A stretch of 64,000 bases of DNA from Trichodelitschia bisporula (lineage: Eukaryota). Shown here in pieces: positions 40,791 to 53,854 of the stretch. The stretch is taken from assembly GCA_010356995.1 (NCBI GenBank), contig ML996701.1, positions 550,963 to 614,962 on the forward strand, in the 5' to 3' direction. The translations under genes and the position numbers were made by a program. The notes beneath the pieces were generated by a model. That model ran no database searches and was not told the origin of the DNA. It saw only the letters and a list, made by a program, of their open reading frames with translations. Numbering within the stretch: position 1 is the stretch's first letter; each line of letters starts with the position of its first letter.

Positions 40791-42454
40791 TGAAAGCCTG
40801 TATTGTCGTCCGACGGCGTTGCATCAACTCTGTTCGTTGGTGGTGTTGTCTCCATCTCTTCGAGCAGATGCTGGGATTTGCCGGCATACTCGTCCATTGA
40901 GTGGCATTCCTCCAAAGTCAGATTGTGCCACGCCTCGAAATCCCCGGGCATGCCATGATTCGAAAACAGGTGCAAAAGAGGTCAAGGCGCTTTCATCATG
41001 ACAGCTCCGTTCGTGGGCCGAGTGGGTTGTGTCCTGACAACAGAGGCGCTCTCAAATGCCATGTATCCGATTGACCTTTCGACGCCTGCACGGAGACCTT
41101 GTGTTCCGGCAAACTTGGCTTTGACCTTCTCACGTTGTGTTTTGGTGAGCCTGAGCATATGAGCGGCCGTTTCGCAGTCGCTCGGCCAGTTACGAGCCGT
41201 TTCGTCTAGGGCCCCGGTGATTGCTCGGAAAGCAACAAGTTGCTTCCAGCTCGCCGCAACTGCCGTTGCCCGCCTTCCTGCCCAGTGATGCCATTGCACC
41301 ATACCTTCTCGCCGCCCACACGGACATCTGAACCAGCCCGCCATGTGGCTCCATGATCCTTCGACTCGCGATCAGTGCTACCGGGTGAAGGATCCCGTCT
41401 ACCATCTGCGATATGTCTTGATATGGGTGCACGCCTGACGTATGCGGCCTCCATGTGGACTTTCAGCTCAGAGAGCGAGGAGACGCTTCTGGGTTGAGCG
41501 ATGTAAAGAAGTTTGTACTAGATATATCGACGCACTGTGGGAGGATACACTTCCGAGAACTTTACAAATGTCTGGGATTACATGGCGGGATATCAAGACG
41601 ATCCTGCCCTGGCCCTGGGCTGAGGCCAACGTCCAGGTATCCGGCCATGTAGTCCCAGACATTGCAGAAGTTCTCGAAAGTAGATCCTCCGGAAGTGAGC
41701 GATCTTATCTCGCTCAGAGAAGTCGTGAAGAAGAGGATTATGTTCGTATCGCTTCCGTACAAAGAACTAGAACTAGCTTGTTAGTACTACTAGAAGGCTG
41801 GAGCAGCTTTAGGCGTATCCTACCACCTGATCGCCTACCATCATCTGAACGTTCATCCGTCAACATTATCATCAAGCCGTCCGACCTTCAGAAATGTCAC
41901 GATTTCATGTATGCCGTAAAGCATCCCCCACCCCTCCAGGCAGCTGGGAGGAGGTGTAAGTACAGGACAAAACATAGGATGTCTAGAACGAAACTCACGA
42001 AATGAGAGAGAAGAACGCTAGATTTGGGAGCCGGCTTCACGAGCCGGGACTCCCGGCAAGCTGTCGCCATGGGTGCTGTCTACCCGATATCCAGTTCTGC
42101 AAAGTAGAACTCCCTCTGGCCATCGGTGCTTTCGGCCCAGGCCGCCTCTGGATTGTCACTTCCAATCGTCCGGAAGGCCGCCAGAACATGGCCACCAGCG
42201 TCCTTGAGGTCGAGACGACACAGCAAGACGTGATGTACGTTGTTGTGGATCAAAACATAGAACTATTTGGCAGCGTTGGTCCCGCCGCCGTTGAACTCTG
42301 ATACAGTAACTGTAGATCAGATGCCGTAAAATGGAATGAATGATGTTGAAGGAATGTTGAAGGGCCTTTGAAGGGACGTTGGAGGCATGTTGAAGGAGGT
42401 ATTTGAAGGAAAGTCGGAGTGATAGTCGGATGGCGAGCTTTGAGAGTTATGGTC

Positions 42455-42555
42455 GGAAGTGACGACTAGTTGGAGGTCTGGAAGTGACGTTCGGTTGGAG
42501 GTCTGGGAGTGACGTTTGGTTGGTCGGCGGTTGGGGAGCGACGACTGGTTGACGG
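42455..42555. repeat. 25-bp tandem repeat, about 3-4 decaying units
   Basis: GGAAGTGACGNNNNGTTGGAGGTCT at 42455, 42480 and (degenerate) 42505. Confidence 0.75.
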
Positions 42556-43069
42556 GAACCACCGGGCTAACCATGTTGGGACTAGAGGATCCAGCCTGGT
42601 GACGGATATCGATGGATCACTTCTGCGGCACTCTGAGAACCTTCGAAGTATCATCTTCGACGGTGACAGGCTTGTACTGTATCATCTGCTTCCTGCATGC
42701 ATGCGGAGGTAGCTACTGGGTACAGTATGTCTCGTCCGGATGTTAAGACCGCAGATTTCAGCACAATCTCATCGCAAGCTTTCGCTCCATCCGCATACCA
42801 CACCACTTTCAGCCAGTCATGAACAGGTGAGAATGCTTCTCGAGAACTTCATTTTCGCTCGAGCTAACCACCCTTGCAGGGCATCCATGCCGTGGTATCA
42901 ACACCCAAAAAAAAATTGTCCGCCGGATTGAACTCCACAAAACCAGGTGCCAAATGAGTGGCAGATATGTGCCCAACCACCACAAACATGGTGTTCCACA
43001 CTCAGCCAAACGTAATCATCACGCCATTAAACCCGCCTTCAAAGAAGCAGCCGTCCCAGTCCAAGCCCT

Positions 43070-45170
43070 TCACCTGCCGGAATCAGCCTTTTCCACGCTG
43101 CCCCTCGGGATTTCAATTCGAATCTCCCGCCCACCGAACACGTCCGCGCTCTTCTCCCCGACACGCATCTCCTTTGGCGGCACAGCGGGGCTGAGCTCGC
43201 CATCAAAACTGCTGTTGCCGTCCTTGATCCCGGCTTCACTTCCATGGCTCCCGTTGCGCGTACCTGCCCCGCCAGTCGGGTGGACAAAGAACCCATGCGG
43301 GTCCTGTGCAATGCGGATGAACCACGGTAGTGTGCCATTGGGCTTGTACGTCCAGTACTCGCGGTGGTCTTCGTCAAACGGCACGATGTACCCGCGCGTT
43401 ATCACACGCGTGAGGTAAATCATGGTGTTGAGCACGACGTACGTCATGATGCCGGCGATGAGACCGTAGGCGATGGAGTATGAAAAGGGCATGAAGAGCA
43501 GCGTGACGAAGGCTGGTATTGCGTCGCCGACATACCGCCAATTGACTTGGACGATTTGCCGGATCATCATGCAGCCGACAATGATGAGCGTGCATCCAGT
43601 CGCCCATGGGGGAATGGACGCGAAGATGGGAGCGAAGAAGATGGAGATGATGAAGCAGGTACCGCAGGTCATGGCGGTCAAGCCCGTCTTACCACCCTCG
43701 ACAATACCGGCGCCGGACTCGATAAATGCCGTCACTGGGGATGTGCCGAAGAGAGCGCCGATGGAGATGCATAGCGCGTCTGTGCAGTACGCGACCGTCG
43801 ACCGCGGGAAGTCGCCCGACTTGCTGTCGACAACGCCGGAGAAGCGCGCCATTGAGTACAGCGTGGCTGTGCAGTCAATGATGTCAACGTACAAAAAGGT
43901 GAACAGCGCCAAAGCAAATTGTGACGGCGCCTTCATCACGTTCCAGTCGATTGCGTTGAGCGTGTGCTTAATGGGATGGAAAGTGACAACCTTGCGGAAG
44001 AACTCGAAGCGCGAGTTGCCCTCGTCGGTGTACGGGAAGTAGGTAACACTCGACTGCCGCGGCCAAGACGTGATGGCCACGACAAAGATGCCGACGATCA
44101 TGGCGCTCTTCAACTTGTACGACATGAGATATGCGGTCAGAATTCCACCGCAGAAGATGCCGATCCACATCTAGCTTGTTAGCGGATTCACTCGGGCACC
44201 GGCTAACCTACGGTTGGATTTTGCATCTTGTGGCTGAGACACGCGCCGGACTTGTCATCAAGATACTGTGGCGGACACCCGGCCAGGTCCATTGGTGTGG
44301 CCGTTCCGCCGCCTGTCACCGCTCCGATGCCAGCCGAGTACGAGAGGCCGACGAGTGCTAAGAACAGGCCGATACCGCAGCCGGATGCTATCTTAAGGCT
44401 GTTGGGCAGCAGCTTCACAAGCCACTGACGCATTCCGATCAGCGACAGGAAGACGAAAATCCAGCCCTCGATGAAGACGGCACCAAGAGCTAGCCGGTAG
44501 GAGACCAGACCAGTGCCATGGAAGCCGACCACTTGGTAGGCGAAGTAGGCGTTGAGACCCATTCCGGGACTAAGATATCAACACGGGAACTCAGAACTAC
44601 TGCAAGCACTTACGCAAGAGCGACGGGGAGGTTCGTCATGAAGCCGAAGAGAAACGACGACAGACCGGCAATTGCCGCGGTGGCAGTGATTAGATCGCGC
44701 CTGACATCTGGCTTGGTCAGTGGTGCAGGTGATTCGGTTGGCAAACGGACCCAGAAGGCAGAGGTTATACTCGGGGTTCTTGAGGCACGTCGGGTCGACA
44801 GTGTCGTTGCAAACACATGTCGCTCCGGAATCGGACAAAATGGTAGCCTAGACGGTGAGAAAGTGTACCATCACGAGAGTGATATGCTAACATTGACAGA
44901 TATTATGTACGCCCTGAGACATTAGGGTCGCTCAAGCACGCCGGCAGCTACTCACATCGTGAAGAAGGTAGTCAAGCCAGCGCGAATCTCCGTCAAGAAA
45001 CGCGCGCCCTTGATCTCTTCCTCCTGACCAGCATCAGTATGGAGACAGTTATCAGTTCATGCCAAGAAGTCACTCACATGGCCACTCCCTTCGAGCCGGA
45101 AGATGCGACCAAAGGTGGAGCGTCCGATCCGGTCGTTGACCGTAACAGTGGTTCTCCGAACGGCATCCAT
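43070..45170 (-). CDS. azgA: AzgA-type purine (adenine/guanine/hypoxanthine) permease, NCS2 superfamily; exons 45170-45078, 45023-44956, 44913-44892, 44847-44751, 44707-44614, 44569-44212, 44170-43070
   Basis: Spliced product has [106 protein letters not shown]. Confidence 0.92.
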
Positions 45171-48064
45171 GGTGAGTGAAGACAGTAAAAGACGGCGGCA
45201 GCCAGCTGCAGCAGGAAGCCAAGGAAGATATAGGTCAATCCACGATGCAATCGCGGATGAGATGACAAAAAGCACTCGAGATGGCGGACGCCAGAGCAGG
45301 CGGCGGGCGCCAAATGTACTGCATGACTTTCCAATGGAGATTGGGGATGGTACACGGCTGCAGCAGGCGGACCAGGCTGGCAGGCCAAAATGTGAGCCTA
45401 AGTTTCAAGGGAAAGCTGGCCGACGATCCAGCCCCCCTTGGCATTTCGAGGAGCGGGCTGGCCTGCAGGCGCATGCGGTGGCGGCGAGATGTTCACGGAG
45501 AACCCTTGCAGTTGCGGAGAATGAGGGCGCCCTGACTCGGCCGACACGCATCGCTCCGCTGCCGACTAGCCAATTAGCGCAACGCGTGGGGAGCATGCAA
45601 CGCACGACAGGCATCACGACGGGTGCATACAGGAAACGCTGGTTGCGTTCCGTTTCGAATTCCTCGCGAGGTGCGCGTGGTCGCTGCGGTAGGCCGGCTC
45701 GTGGGTGCGTGGGTGATGCAGACGGCCGTTCGAACGGCGACTCGAGCGCGCGGTGGGGTGGTTTCGGCCTGGGGTGTTTCGGGATCCCGACGACGATGCG
45801 TCGGCTAGTGCTCACTTCTACCGAGTTGTCGGTCAGAGTACACGGTTGGGGACCAGTGTGTACGGCTGACGGATATGCGCACCGACATCGCGCCTCAAGT
45901 ACATACAAGTACACCCGTCGTACCGCCATCCAGTTTGTTTTTGGCCGGCGGAGGGGAGCCTCCCGGCGCGAGGCTGAGAATCCTGCCGTGATGGCGCAAA
46001 TGAGGAGGTTAAAAGACGATATGTGGCTACCGATGGACTCCGAGATCCTCTCGATCCTATGAGCTACTTACCGTACAATCTTGGAGCAAGACGGGACGTG
46101 CCACCTGCGGGGTTCCTTGTTGTTTTGCAAGCGCAGCCGTGTGGCGGGGGTTGCGCCCCCTGCGGGAGTGGCCCTGACTAGTGACCGCAGAGTGGCCCCT
46201 GTTCCTGACGAACCCGGGGTTGAAGCCACAGCCTTGCCCAGATGGGGAAATGTGTTGACGCGATTCATTAGCCACCTCCGCTTTTGCGAATCGTGGGCCT
46301 TGTCGAATGGCAGCACCATGGCTTGGTGGCGCGAGTGCGTGATGCTTCCTTCTTCCGCACCTCATTCTCTTTCGCTCTCGATCGTCGGCAGGGTCGACAT
46401 GGCCAAACGATTCGGGCTTCAGACGAACGGCAGTTTGCGGGGTGGCTGCATCCGAGTGCCGAGAGAGTTCCACCAATGGGTAATGCTGATAATGAGCATT
46501 GTACCGGTTCAGCTTCTTTGTCCGGCTCAGGCTGGGCCTCGGTCTGCTCTGCATCCTTCACTCACGTTCTGCGAAAGCCTTCAAAAGCCAGCTTCGAACA
46601 GCCAGGAGGTTACGGGCCTCGGTCTAAATACGGTGCAGCAATACAGAGGATCACTGGTTTAGTGGAGCGCCACGCCCGTACACGAGATTGCTTGTCTGGT
46701 CCTCACGACGCCTCAACAAGCTCACGACGCCTTCCCGTAGCCTAGCCTCCAGGAACTCCTCTCCGGGACTAAGCTTTTGCTGACCTACTCGCGGGAGTTA
46801 TCAGACTTTTAACTTCTGCCGTGTCTGCCGCGTCTTCCGTGTACTCGGATACAAACGAATGTTTGTAGATCGCAGGACAACTAGCGAGCAAGCGAATCAT
46901 CGGGCCAACGGGCCAAACTGTTAAGATATCGACAGCCTCGCGTACATCTGAACCGCGTTTCCCGCCGCCACGCGGGGTCGTGAGTGTCCCCTCTCCGCTT
47001 TACCTGTCACAAAGTCTGCGTCTGTCACCGCGTCAGTCACTGCGTCAGGTACCAGCAGCGTTCGCAGAAGATGCAAAGTTCGGGTCGTCGCTATTGATTG
47101 TCTTACTCGGTGTCGTGAGGCGTGCGTCCTGGATTTGAGTTGTCTGCAGCTGTCATTCGTCACGACATCCGCGACATCGGGCAAGTCTGAAGCCCTGCGG
47201 CTGAAAGCTGCTGGCTGAGAGATGCTGGACCGTTCGCTCTTCGCTGTTGGTCGCTTTCACTCTCGGGACTTCCGGTGGGAGTTCGTCGACCAGCTCCCCC
47301 GTCAACAAGCCACGGCCCGTGGCCCCTTGTTCTCCCGAAATTCTCCGTCGACGATAGTAGTGGATAGCCAGGCCCTACAACCCATAAACATGACCACGCG
47401 ACCGGGTGGGCCATGGTAGGCTTTTGGACCATCTGCACCACCTCGTACCTTGCGCTTTGATGATTACAGTTTTACCCTTGCCCCTCAGTCGCGCTTGTGC
47501 TTCACAGCCCTGCACATACGACCACCGTGCATTACCCCCCCATGTCTGCCCTGGCCTTCTGTCCTTGATATCCCCCCACACTAGGCTTCTATGAAGCACT
47601 GCTGTTGTATCTGATCTTATATGCAAAATTACCTATACCCTCCCACGACCCCCAAACCCCCCCGCACCCCGCTGTTCTTACCTGCAGGGTGTCCCCCTTC
47701 CTGACTTCTCAAACACCTTCTGGCGGCAAATCTGGGTATGCAGCGCTGTCTCCCACGCGGCGGCAAGACATCGATAACCCAGCTTCACATCAGCCTTCTC
47801 ATCTTCCACGGGCTGGCAACCTCCGCGACCGCAGCCCATCTTTCGCGGCCCGTCTGAGGTTAAATAACCCATTCGATATTTCCGCCCGGCGCCACTATTG
47901 TTGCGCCGGCAAAGAACGGTGCCTTGTTGACCGTCGTCGAGTTGTTCCTCTGTTTTGACGCCCCGGAGGCACGCCGCCAGCTGGACCGGAACTGGGGAAT
48001 TGGGGGTTTATATCCGCCGCCGTCGCATTCTGGACTCGGGAACACACTACATACGCTGGGCACC

Positions 48065-50522
48065 ATGTTCGCCGCCGACCTCTCCTGGGGCGACGACACA
48101 ACAGAGTCGGTCGCGCAACACCGGCAGCGCAAATCGCGCGCCCGCGACAACTCCATCACCTCCTCCGCCTCCACATCAACAGGGACATCGCAGGCCACGA
48201 CCCCGCCGCCTGCGCGCCGCCCCTCGAGCCGGAAAACCTCCTTCACGAGCAAAACCTCCTTCTCAAGCATCGGCGGCTCGCTGCGGCGCTCCAACAATGC
48301 GCCCCCGAATACCACCTCGCCCATGCGCCTCAAGCGCGCGGCCGCACACGCCCCGCCCGACCCCTCGGTCCCCCTTAAAGACCCCCTCAAGCAACCCGAC
48401 TGGACCCTAAGCGGCAAACTCGCGCGCTCCCTCCCCTCCGGTGCACCCCTCGACCTCGATCCCCCTCCCGCCTTCGGCGCAATAAGCTACTCCCCCCCGC
48501 GCACCAGTCCATCCGACAACCGCGTCGTATACGCGCGCACCGACGGCCCGCCGCACCAGCCGTGGAGCATCCGGAACCGCGTCGAGGCAGAGCCGATCCT
48601 GCAGTCCTACGAGCACGTCAAGGACCAGATCTACGCACTGCAGACTAGTTCCACGGCGGCGCGCAAACCGAGCCTGACCCAGGACACCATCCTGCCCTCC
48701 GCACTACCGCCCGCGCGCAATCCGGCGCGGCTGGCTGAGCCTGCGCGCCTCGATAGCCGGCACAGCGACGTGCCCCCCCGCTATACCAGCGGGCTCCCCC
48801 TCCCCGCCCTCGTCGCGCGCACGCCTTCCCCCTCCTCCTCCTCGGACCAGGAATCAGCGCACAACCTCCCCCTCCAATCCCCGGACCCGGACTCCCCCCC
48901 CGCGCCCGCAGCACCCATCCCCAACACGCACCTCCCCACCCTCCGCACCCTCACCCTCTCCGAGCGCCCCGCGGCCCCAAACCGTTCCCAATGGCGCCCG
49001 CCGAGTAGCTGGGGCATCCTGGGGGAAGAGAAGAACGCCAATGGCGGACCTGGCGGCTCCGGACCTGGCGGCCCGGGCCTCGCAGGCTCGCCCCCTCGCC
49101 TACGCGGTAAGACCACGCCGCCCACCCCACCCCCCGCCTCGAATGACACGCCCAAGCGCGCGCGCAGGGAGGTGCTCCTGCCCTCGACTCCGGGCTCGCG
49201 CACCGAGAGTCCCGGCAGCGACGGGACGCTGCGCCGCGGGCGGAGCGGGACCGCAAGTTTGAGCGGCTCGGTCCGGGCACCCGCGCCCAGCGGGATGAGT
49301 ACTCGGATAGCCGGCGAGATGGGTTCCCTGACCCCCGAGACGAGTTCGCGCCCCGCCAGCGCCGCCGCCAGAATGTCCGGCGGCAGTACGGCGCCGAGTT
49401 CGACGCGCTGTAGTGCGGCGTCGGTTGGGCTGGTCCCACCCGCTGTGTCGGGTCTGCGCGTCGTGTCCCCTGGGCCTGGGCCTGGCCCGCCCCTAACGCA
49501 GTTCCAGCGCTTGGTGCGCCGCATGCCCGCCGCGTCTGCGCGCGTAATGCGCGAGCGGCTGCGCGAGGAGTGGGATGAGGAGGGCGAGGAGGAGATGGTT
49601 GAGAAGCACCTCTGGGCGCTAGCGGGGCTGGGGGGGCGTGTGCTCGACGATTACTGCTTTGAGCGAAGCGAGGGGCAGTGGGGGGATCTGGGTGGGGAGG
49701 GGGGGAAGGTGGTTGTGGGGGGGAGTGTTGGTGAGTGATTAAGGGTGGGAATGGAAGGGAAACTGACGTGCGGAAGGGGAATTGCATTACCTGTCTGCTG
49801 CGCACCCCGCGGCGGGGATTACGCACTTGACGGCGCATTCGGCGGCGAGTCTCCCGCCGCGCACGACGCAGACGCCGATTTCGACGCTGTTATATCCTTC
49901 CCAAGCCCCGCCCCTCCTTCCCCTCCCCCTCTTCCCACTGTCGGCGGGGCACATCCACATCCCTACCCCCGCGGCCCTGGCCCCCGCGCCTAGTCTCCCC
50001 CTCTTTCTGTCCCAGTGCCGCGCCGCACTGTGTCCGGGCGGGACGCTTAGCCTCAGGCTCGTGGACGCGCTGCCCCGGTCTGGCACTGCGGGACCGCGGC
50101 TCGGGGCGTGGCTTGAGGAGTGGGTGTGCGGGCGGCTTGAGGCTGGGTTCTGGTCTCGACGGCCAGGGGCTGTAGTCCCGCGGTGGTTGGGCGAGGGGGG
50201 GTGGAGTGTAGTCGGGGGGTGGGCTTGGGGGTTGCCTGCTGCGGTTTTTGGGGATGGGGTGGGGGAGGGAGGGAGTGTGCGGAGTGTGAGGAGTGGGAGT
50301 ACGGGGGGCGAGGGGGAGGGGGAAGTACAGGCTCAGGTTGGGGAGTTGGTGCTCCGGGCCCTGTGGCGCGATGCCTGGGGGGTGTTTGTGGAAGCCGAGG
50401 CGGTGGCGAGGGGGGTGGTACCGCGGTGGTGGTGGGAGGATGAGGGAGTGAGAGGAGAGTGTGTGAGTTTGGGGACGGTGTGGGATGTTAGGGTTTTGGT
50501 GTGTATGCCTAAAGAGGAGTGA
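48065..50522 (+). CDS. Hypothetical protein with long disordered Ser/Pro-rich N-terminus and possible degenerate methyltransferase-like C-terminus; exons 48065-49730 and 49777-50522
   Basis: MFAADLSWGDD.TESVAQHRQRK start. A GTGAGT..CTGAC..AAG intron joins ORFs 47924-49738 and 49782-50522. C-terminal 'FLSQCRAALCPGGTLSLRLVD..P', 'LWRDAWG.FV', 'WWWED..VRGEC...GTVW'. Confidence 0.7.
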
Positions 50523-51094
50523 TGTGGTTCCCTTTGAGGGGGTCAGTTGTGGGATTTGGTTTTTGGGGATTTGGGTACGGGTTTAGGGGCTGGCGCGCGA
50601 GATACCTTAGATGCATATGTACGTTGCTTTGGCGGAATACAATACGGCATGGCTGATATCTGTTTTTTTTTTGGCCGTGTGATGTGTGGAGTGGGTGTTT
50701 AGCCGGTGGCGCGAGGCTGTGTGGTTCCGGCTGGTGGGGTAAGTGCTGGGAAGACGTTCATCAAGGCTGGGAGGGCGTTTACCAGTGCTACATTCTTCCT
50801 TCCGCGAGCTGTTATCGACTTTTTGCACGGCCTCCAACCGCCCGAGTTCTGTGTAGGTGATCCGAAGCCGTCAGGGGAAGCGCTTACGGACCATATCCCT
50901 GGATGATAGGCTCCTGTCCATCGGAGACAGAGTGAGGCTGGGAAAATTATGTCATGACTGTGGTTGTAGTTCGAAGGTACAGATGTGGATACTTAGTGGT
51001 ACTTCATCTTGAAGTTAATACTGGTAATACAGGACGTCGAGACCGCGCTTCAGGGCGCTGTGAAGCAGTCACTGGAGACTGGGGCATGAGATAC

Positions 51095-51280
51095 GTGCAC
51101 CACCATCATATTGCCGCTGTGCGTCCCAGTCAGGGACAGCACAAAGCTGTAGTCAAGCAGTGGTCTCAGAAGGAGGCGGATATTGAGGATATGGGGAGCA
51201 TTCATAGTGGCGATGCGAAGCGCTTGTCTCTCCCCAATCGGCATCTTCCAACGGCATTCGAATTGGCAGCATTGAACTCC
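51095..51280 (+). pseudogene. Ankyrin-repeat relic
   Basis: HHIAAVRPSQGQHKAVVKQWSQKEADIEDMG...PTAFELAALN resembles ankyrin consensus (LHIAA..GHxAVVKxLLxKxADIE; TAxxLAA). Confidence 0.4.
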
Positions 51281-51554
51281 TCTAGATAGCATTAACAGTA
51301 AGAAGCAGTTAACAAGGAGTTAACGCTCTGTATGCTCGTAATCGCACTCCTCCATCTCGCGTACCGCTCCCCCCCCACTAAGAACCCCCCACTAATCACC
51401 GCGCTCCACACTACGGCCCCCCCACCGCCACTCACAACCTCAACCAGCAGCTTCAAACAACGCACACACGCCAACACCCCACGGCGCACAACATGCCACC
51501 CGAACGGACTCTCAGAAGCTTATAACATTACCTTCATCCATACAGCACACCACC

Positions 51555-52819
51555 ATGCCACCAACACCCCGCCTCCTCCACACCCTCACCCGCTCCCCGC
51601 GCACCTCTCGCCCCCTCGTGCGCATACCCCGCCCGTACCGAACACTGCACACCTCACCCGCGCGAACCGCTTCAGAGCGCGCACGCTACGGCGGCGCGAA
51701 CGAGCCGAAGACCTCCTCCTCCGATCCCGAATCCACCCCCTCACGCGAACCCGCCGTCAGCTCAGCACCCACCCCACCCGAAAAGCCCCTCGAAACGCTG
51801 TTGGCAGGCGAAATCTTCGAAGGCGGCGCAGACGAGGCGGCGACGGGCCCAGAGCCTAATACGCCCAAGACCAATACCCCGTCTCTCGACACCCGCGAGA
51901 CCAAACCCCCGTCTCCCGACCCAGAACCCACCTCCCCAGAACCCACCTCGCCGACCACAGACCTATTCTCCCGGCCCGGGACCCGGCCGCTGCATTTACA
52001 ACCGGGACCTTACGTGCATCATTTCGATTCGTACGGCCTGGTGAAGGGGCTGGAGGGGGGTGGGTGGGGTACGGGTGTTGCTGTGGATCTGATGAAGGCG
52101 GTGCGGGGGTTGTTGGGGGAGAATATGGAGATTGCGAGGCGCGGGTTGGTGGGGAGGGGGGATGTTGAGAATGTGAGTTCCCCTCTGAAGGTGATGGTGG
52201 GGGTTTGGGCTGATGAAGGCAGGAGAGTTACTTATTCAGCGCAGCGTGCGCGGAGTTGCGGACCGAGATACAGAATAAGCGCAAAGCGGAAGTGGAAAAG
52301 CTGCGCACGCAGCGCGCGCAATTGCAGCATGAAGTCGATATCTTGAACCAGAAGGTCGCGCAGGAACTACTCAACCTGAAGGACGAGCTCAAGGGCATGT
52401 TCGACGACCGCAAGATGGCGGTGCGGATGGAGCAGCGCAATATGGAGAGCTTGGTGCGTCCCCCCCTCACATCAAACCCCTCTCCCCTCTCCCTTTCCTT
52501 CCGTAACACCGCTAACCCCCCCCTCCCCCCCTAGATCCAAGAACTCAACTACAAAATCACAGTCGCGCTCAACAGCGACGCGCGCAGCGACGTCGAAGGC
52601 CTGCGCTGGGTGCTCACCCGCCGGGCGGCGAGCGCGCTGGCCATCGGCGTGGTTATGATCCTGGCCACGCTGCAGTATAGCCGGTATATGACGCAGACGC
52701 AGGCGAAGGAGAGGAGTAAGTTTGCGGAGGAGGCGGGGGGGAATGGGAATGGGAATGGGAATGGGAATGGGAGGGGGGATGGGTTTGAGGCGTCGTTGGC
52801 GAGGGACGGGGTCTCGTAA
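51555..52819 (+). CDS. Mitochondrial DUF1640 / MCUR1-CCDC90 / Fmp32-like coiled-coil protein; exons 51555-52172, 52223-52453, 52535-52819
   Basis: Arg-rich presequence-like N-terminus, PYVHHFDSYGLVKGL, LMKAVRGLL, DVEN|ESYLFSAACAELRTEI, LKGMFDDRKM, IQELNYKITVALNSDARSDVEGLRWVLTRRA followed by a TM helix. (GGGAAT)5 encodes a GN tract. Confidence 0.85.
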
Positions 52820-53192
52820 CCTTCGGGGCGGGTGATATCCGGGCGTGGGAGGCGGAGGATGTACATGGACGGCACGTTGTAGAAAAAGCGGCTTCGGTGT
52901 TTGTAGCATTCGTTGTAGCATACCCAATTGATACTCCCTCTCGGTTCGTTGCCTATCCTTGGCGCATGGTTTCAAAGTCACTCAAAACGACAGCCACCGG
53001 GAGGAATAGGTAGTAGCAGTAGATTCGCACCAGGAGCTCCACGGTCAGGTAGACAAGGTCAAAGAAACCAGATTTTGCCTCTAAATTTGTACAATGGCAA
53101 CTCCTCCGCGCGACAACAAAAATGCCCCACGATGCGCAGGCACCCCCACACCGAGCAAACTCGTTTTAGATTAGATGCCCATCGGTCGCCGT

Positions 53193-53854
53193 CTACTCGT
53201 CGTCCACGAGCTCCTCGAGCTTCTTGCCAGACGGCTTGCTCTGAACCATGCCCTTGCCCTTGTACCCCTCGGACGACACACCCGTGATAGGCTCCATCTT
53301 GCCGGCCTGCGGTGGGGGTTAGCAGAATCTTCACGACTAGTGCAATGCAAAAACGCACCTTCATGTACTCGTTCGTCGCCTCTTGCCATTCCTGGCTCAT
53401 GGTCGGCGGCGCGGGGCCGGCAAACAGGCGCGTGAAGCCGAAGAGCGCGGCGGACGCAATCACGCCGTACATGGTATACCGGAAGACCTTCCAGTTCTCA
53501 CCGGGCTCGGCCTCGGCACGGGGACCGTGGGGACCGAAGGCAATGAAGTACGCTACACGCAAGATCAGCCATCGCTTTCAATCGTCTTCGCCTTCGCAGT
53601 CACGCACCAGCCTTCTTCTCATGCGCCGTCAGCTCGTGCCAATCGGTCTTCATGCGGTCGCGCAGCGCCATCCACAGGTCAGCCTGCTCCTGCGGCGGCA
53701 TTTCCTCCCAGCGCTTCTCGATGTCCGCGAGGGTGGGGTTGGAAATGGCGTGGGCGGACCGGGCCTGCGCGAAGGCGGCGTGGGAGGAGGGGAGGAGGGT
53801 GCGGCGCGCGGGCGCTGCGAGGCCTGAGGCCCGGAGGAGGGAGGTGCGGAGCAT
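53193..53854 (-). CDS. COX5: Cytochrome c oxidase subunit 5 (fungal Cox5/subunit IV family); exons 53854-53608, 53552-53359, 53306-53193
   Basis: Presequence, then AHAISNPTLADIEKRWEEMPPQEQADLWMALRDRMKTDWHELT..EKKA|AYFIAFGPHGPR...TMSQEWQEATNEYMK|AGKMEPITGVSSEGYKGKGMVQS. Confidence 0.95.

Noticed and set aside
42150..42230. LDLKDA...AAFRT on the - strand as a gypsy reverse-transcriptase motif
   Set aside because: Spacing is much shorter than in real RTs and the MPFG and YxDD motifs are missing.
45103..47900. ORFs between azgA and the 48065 gene (e.g. 45103-46062, 46081-46662)
   Set aside because: No recognisable domain, codon bias or intron structure; probably promoter or decayed sequence.
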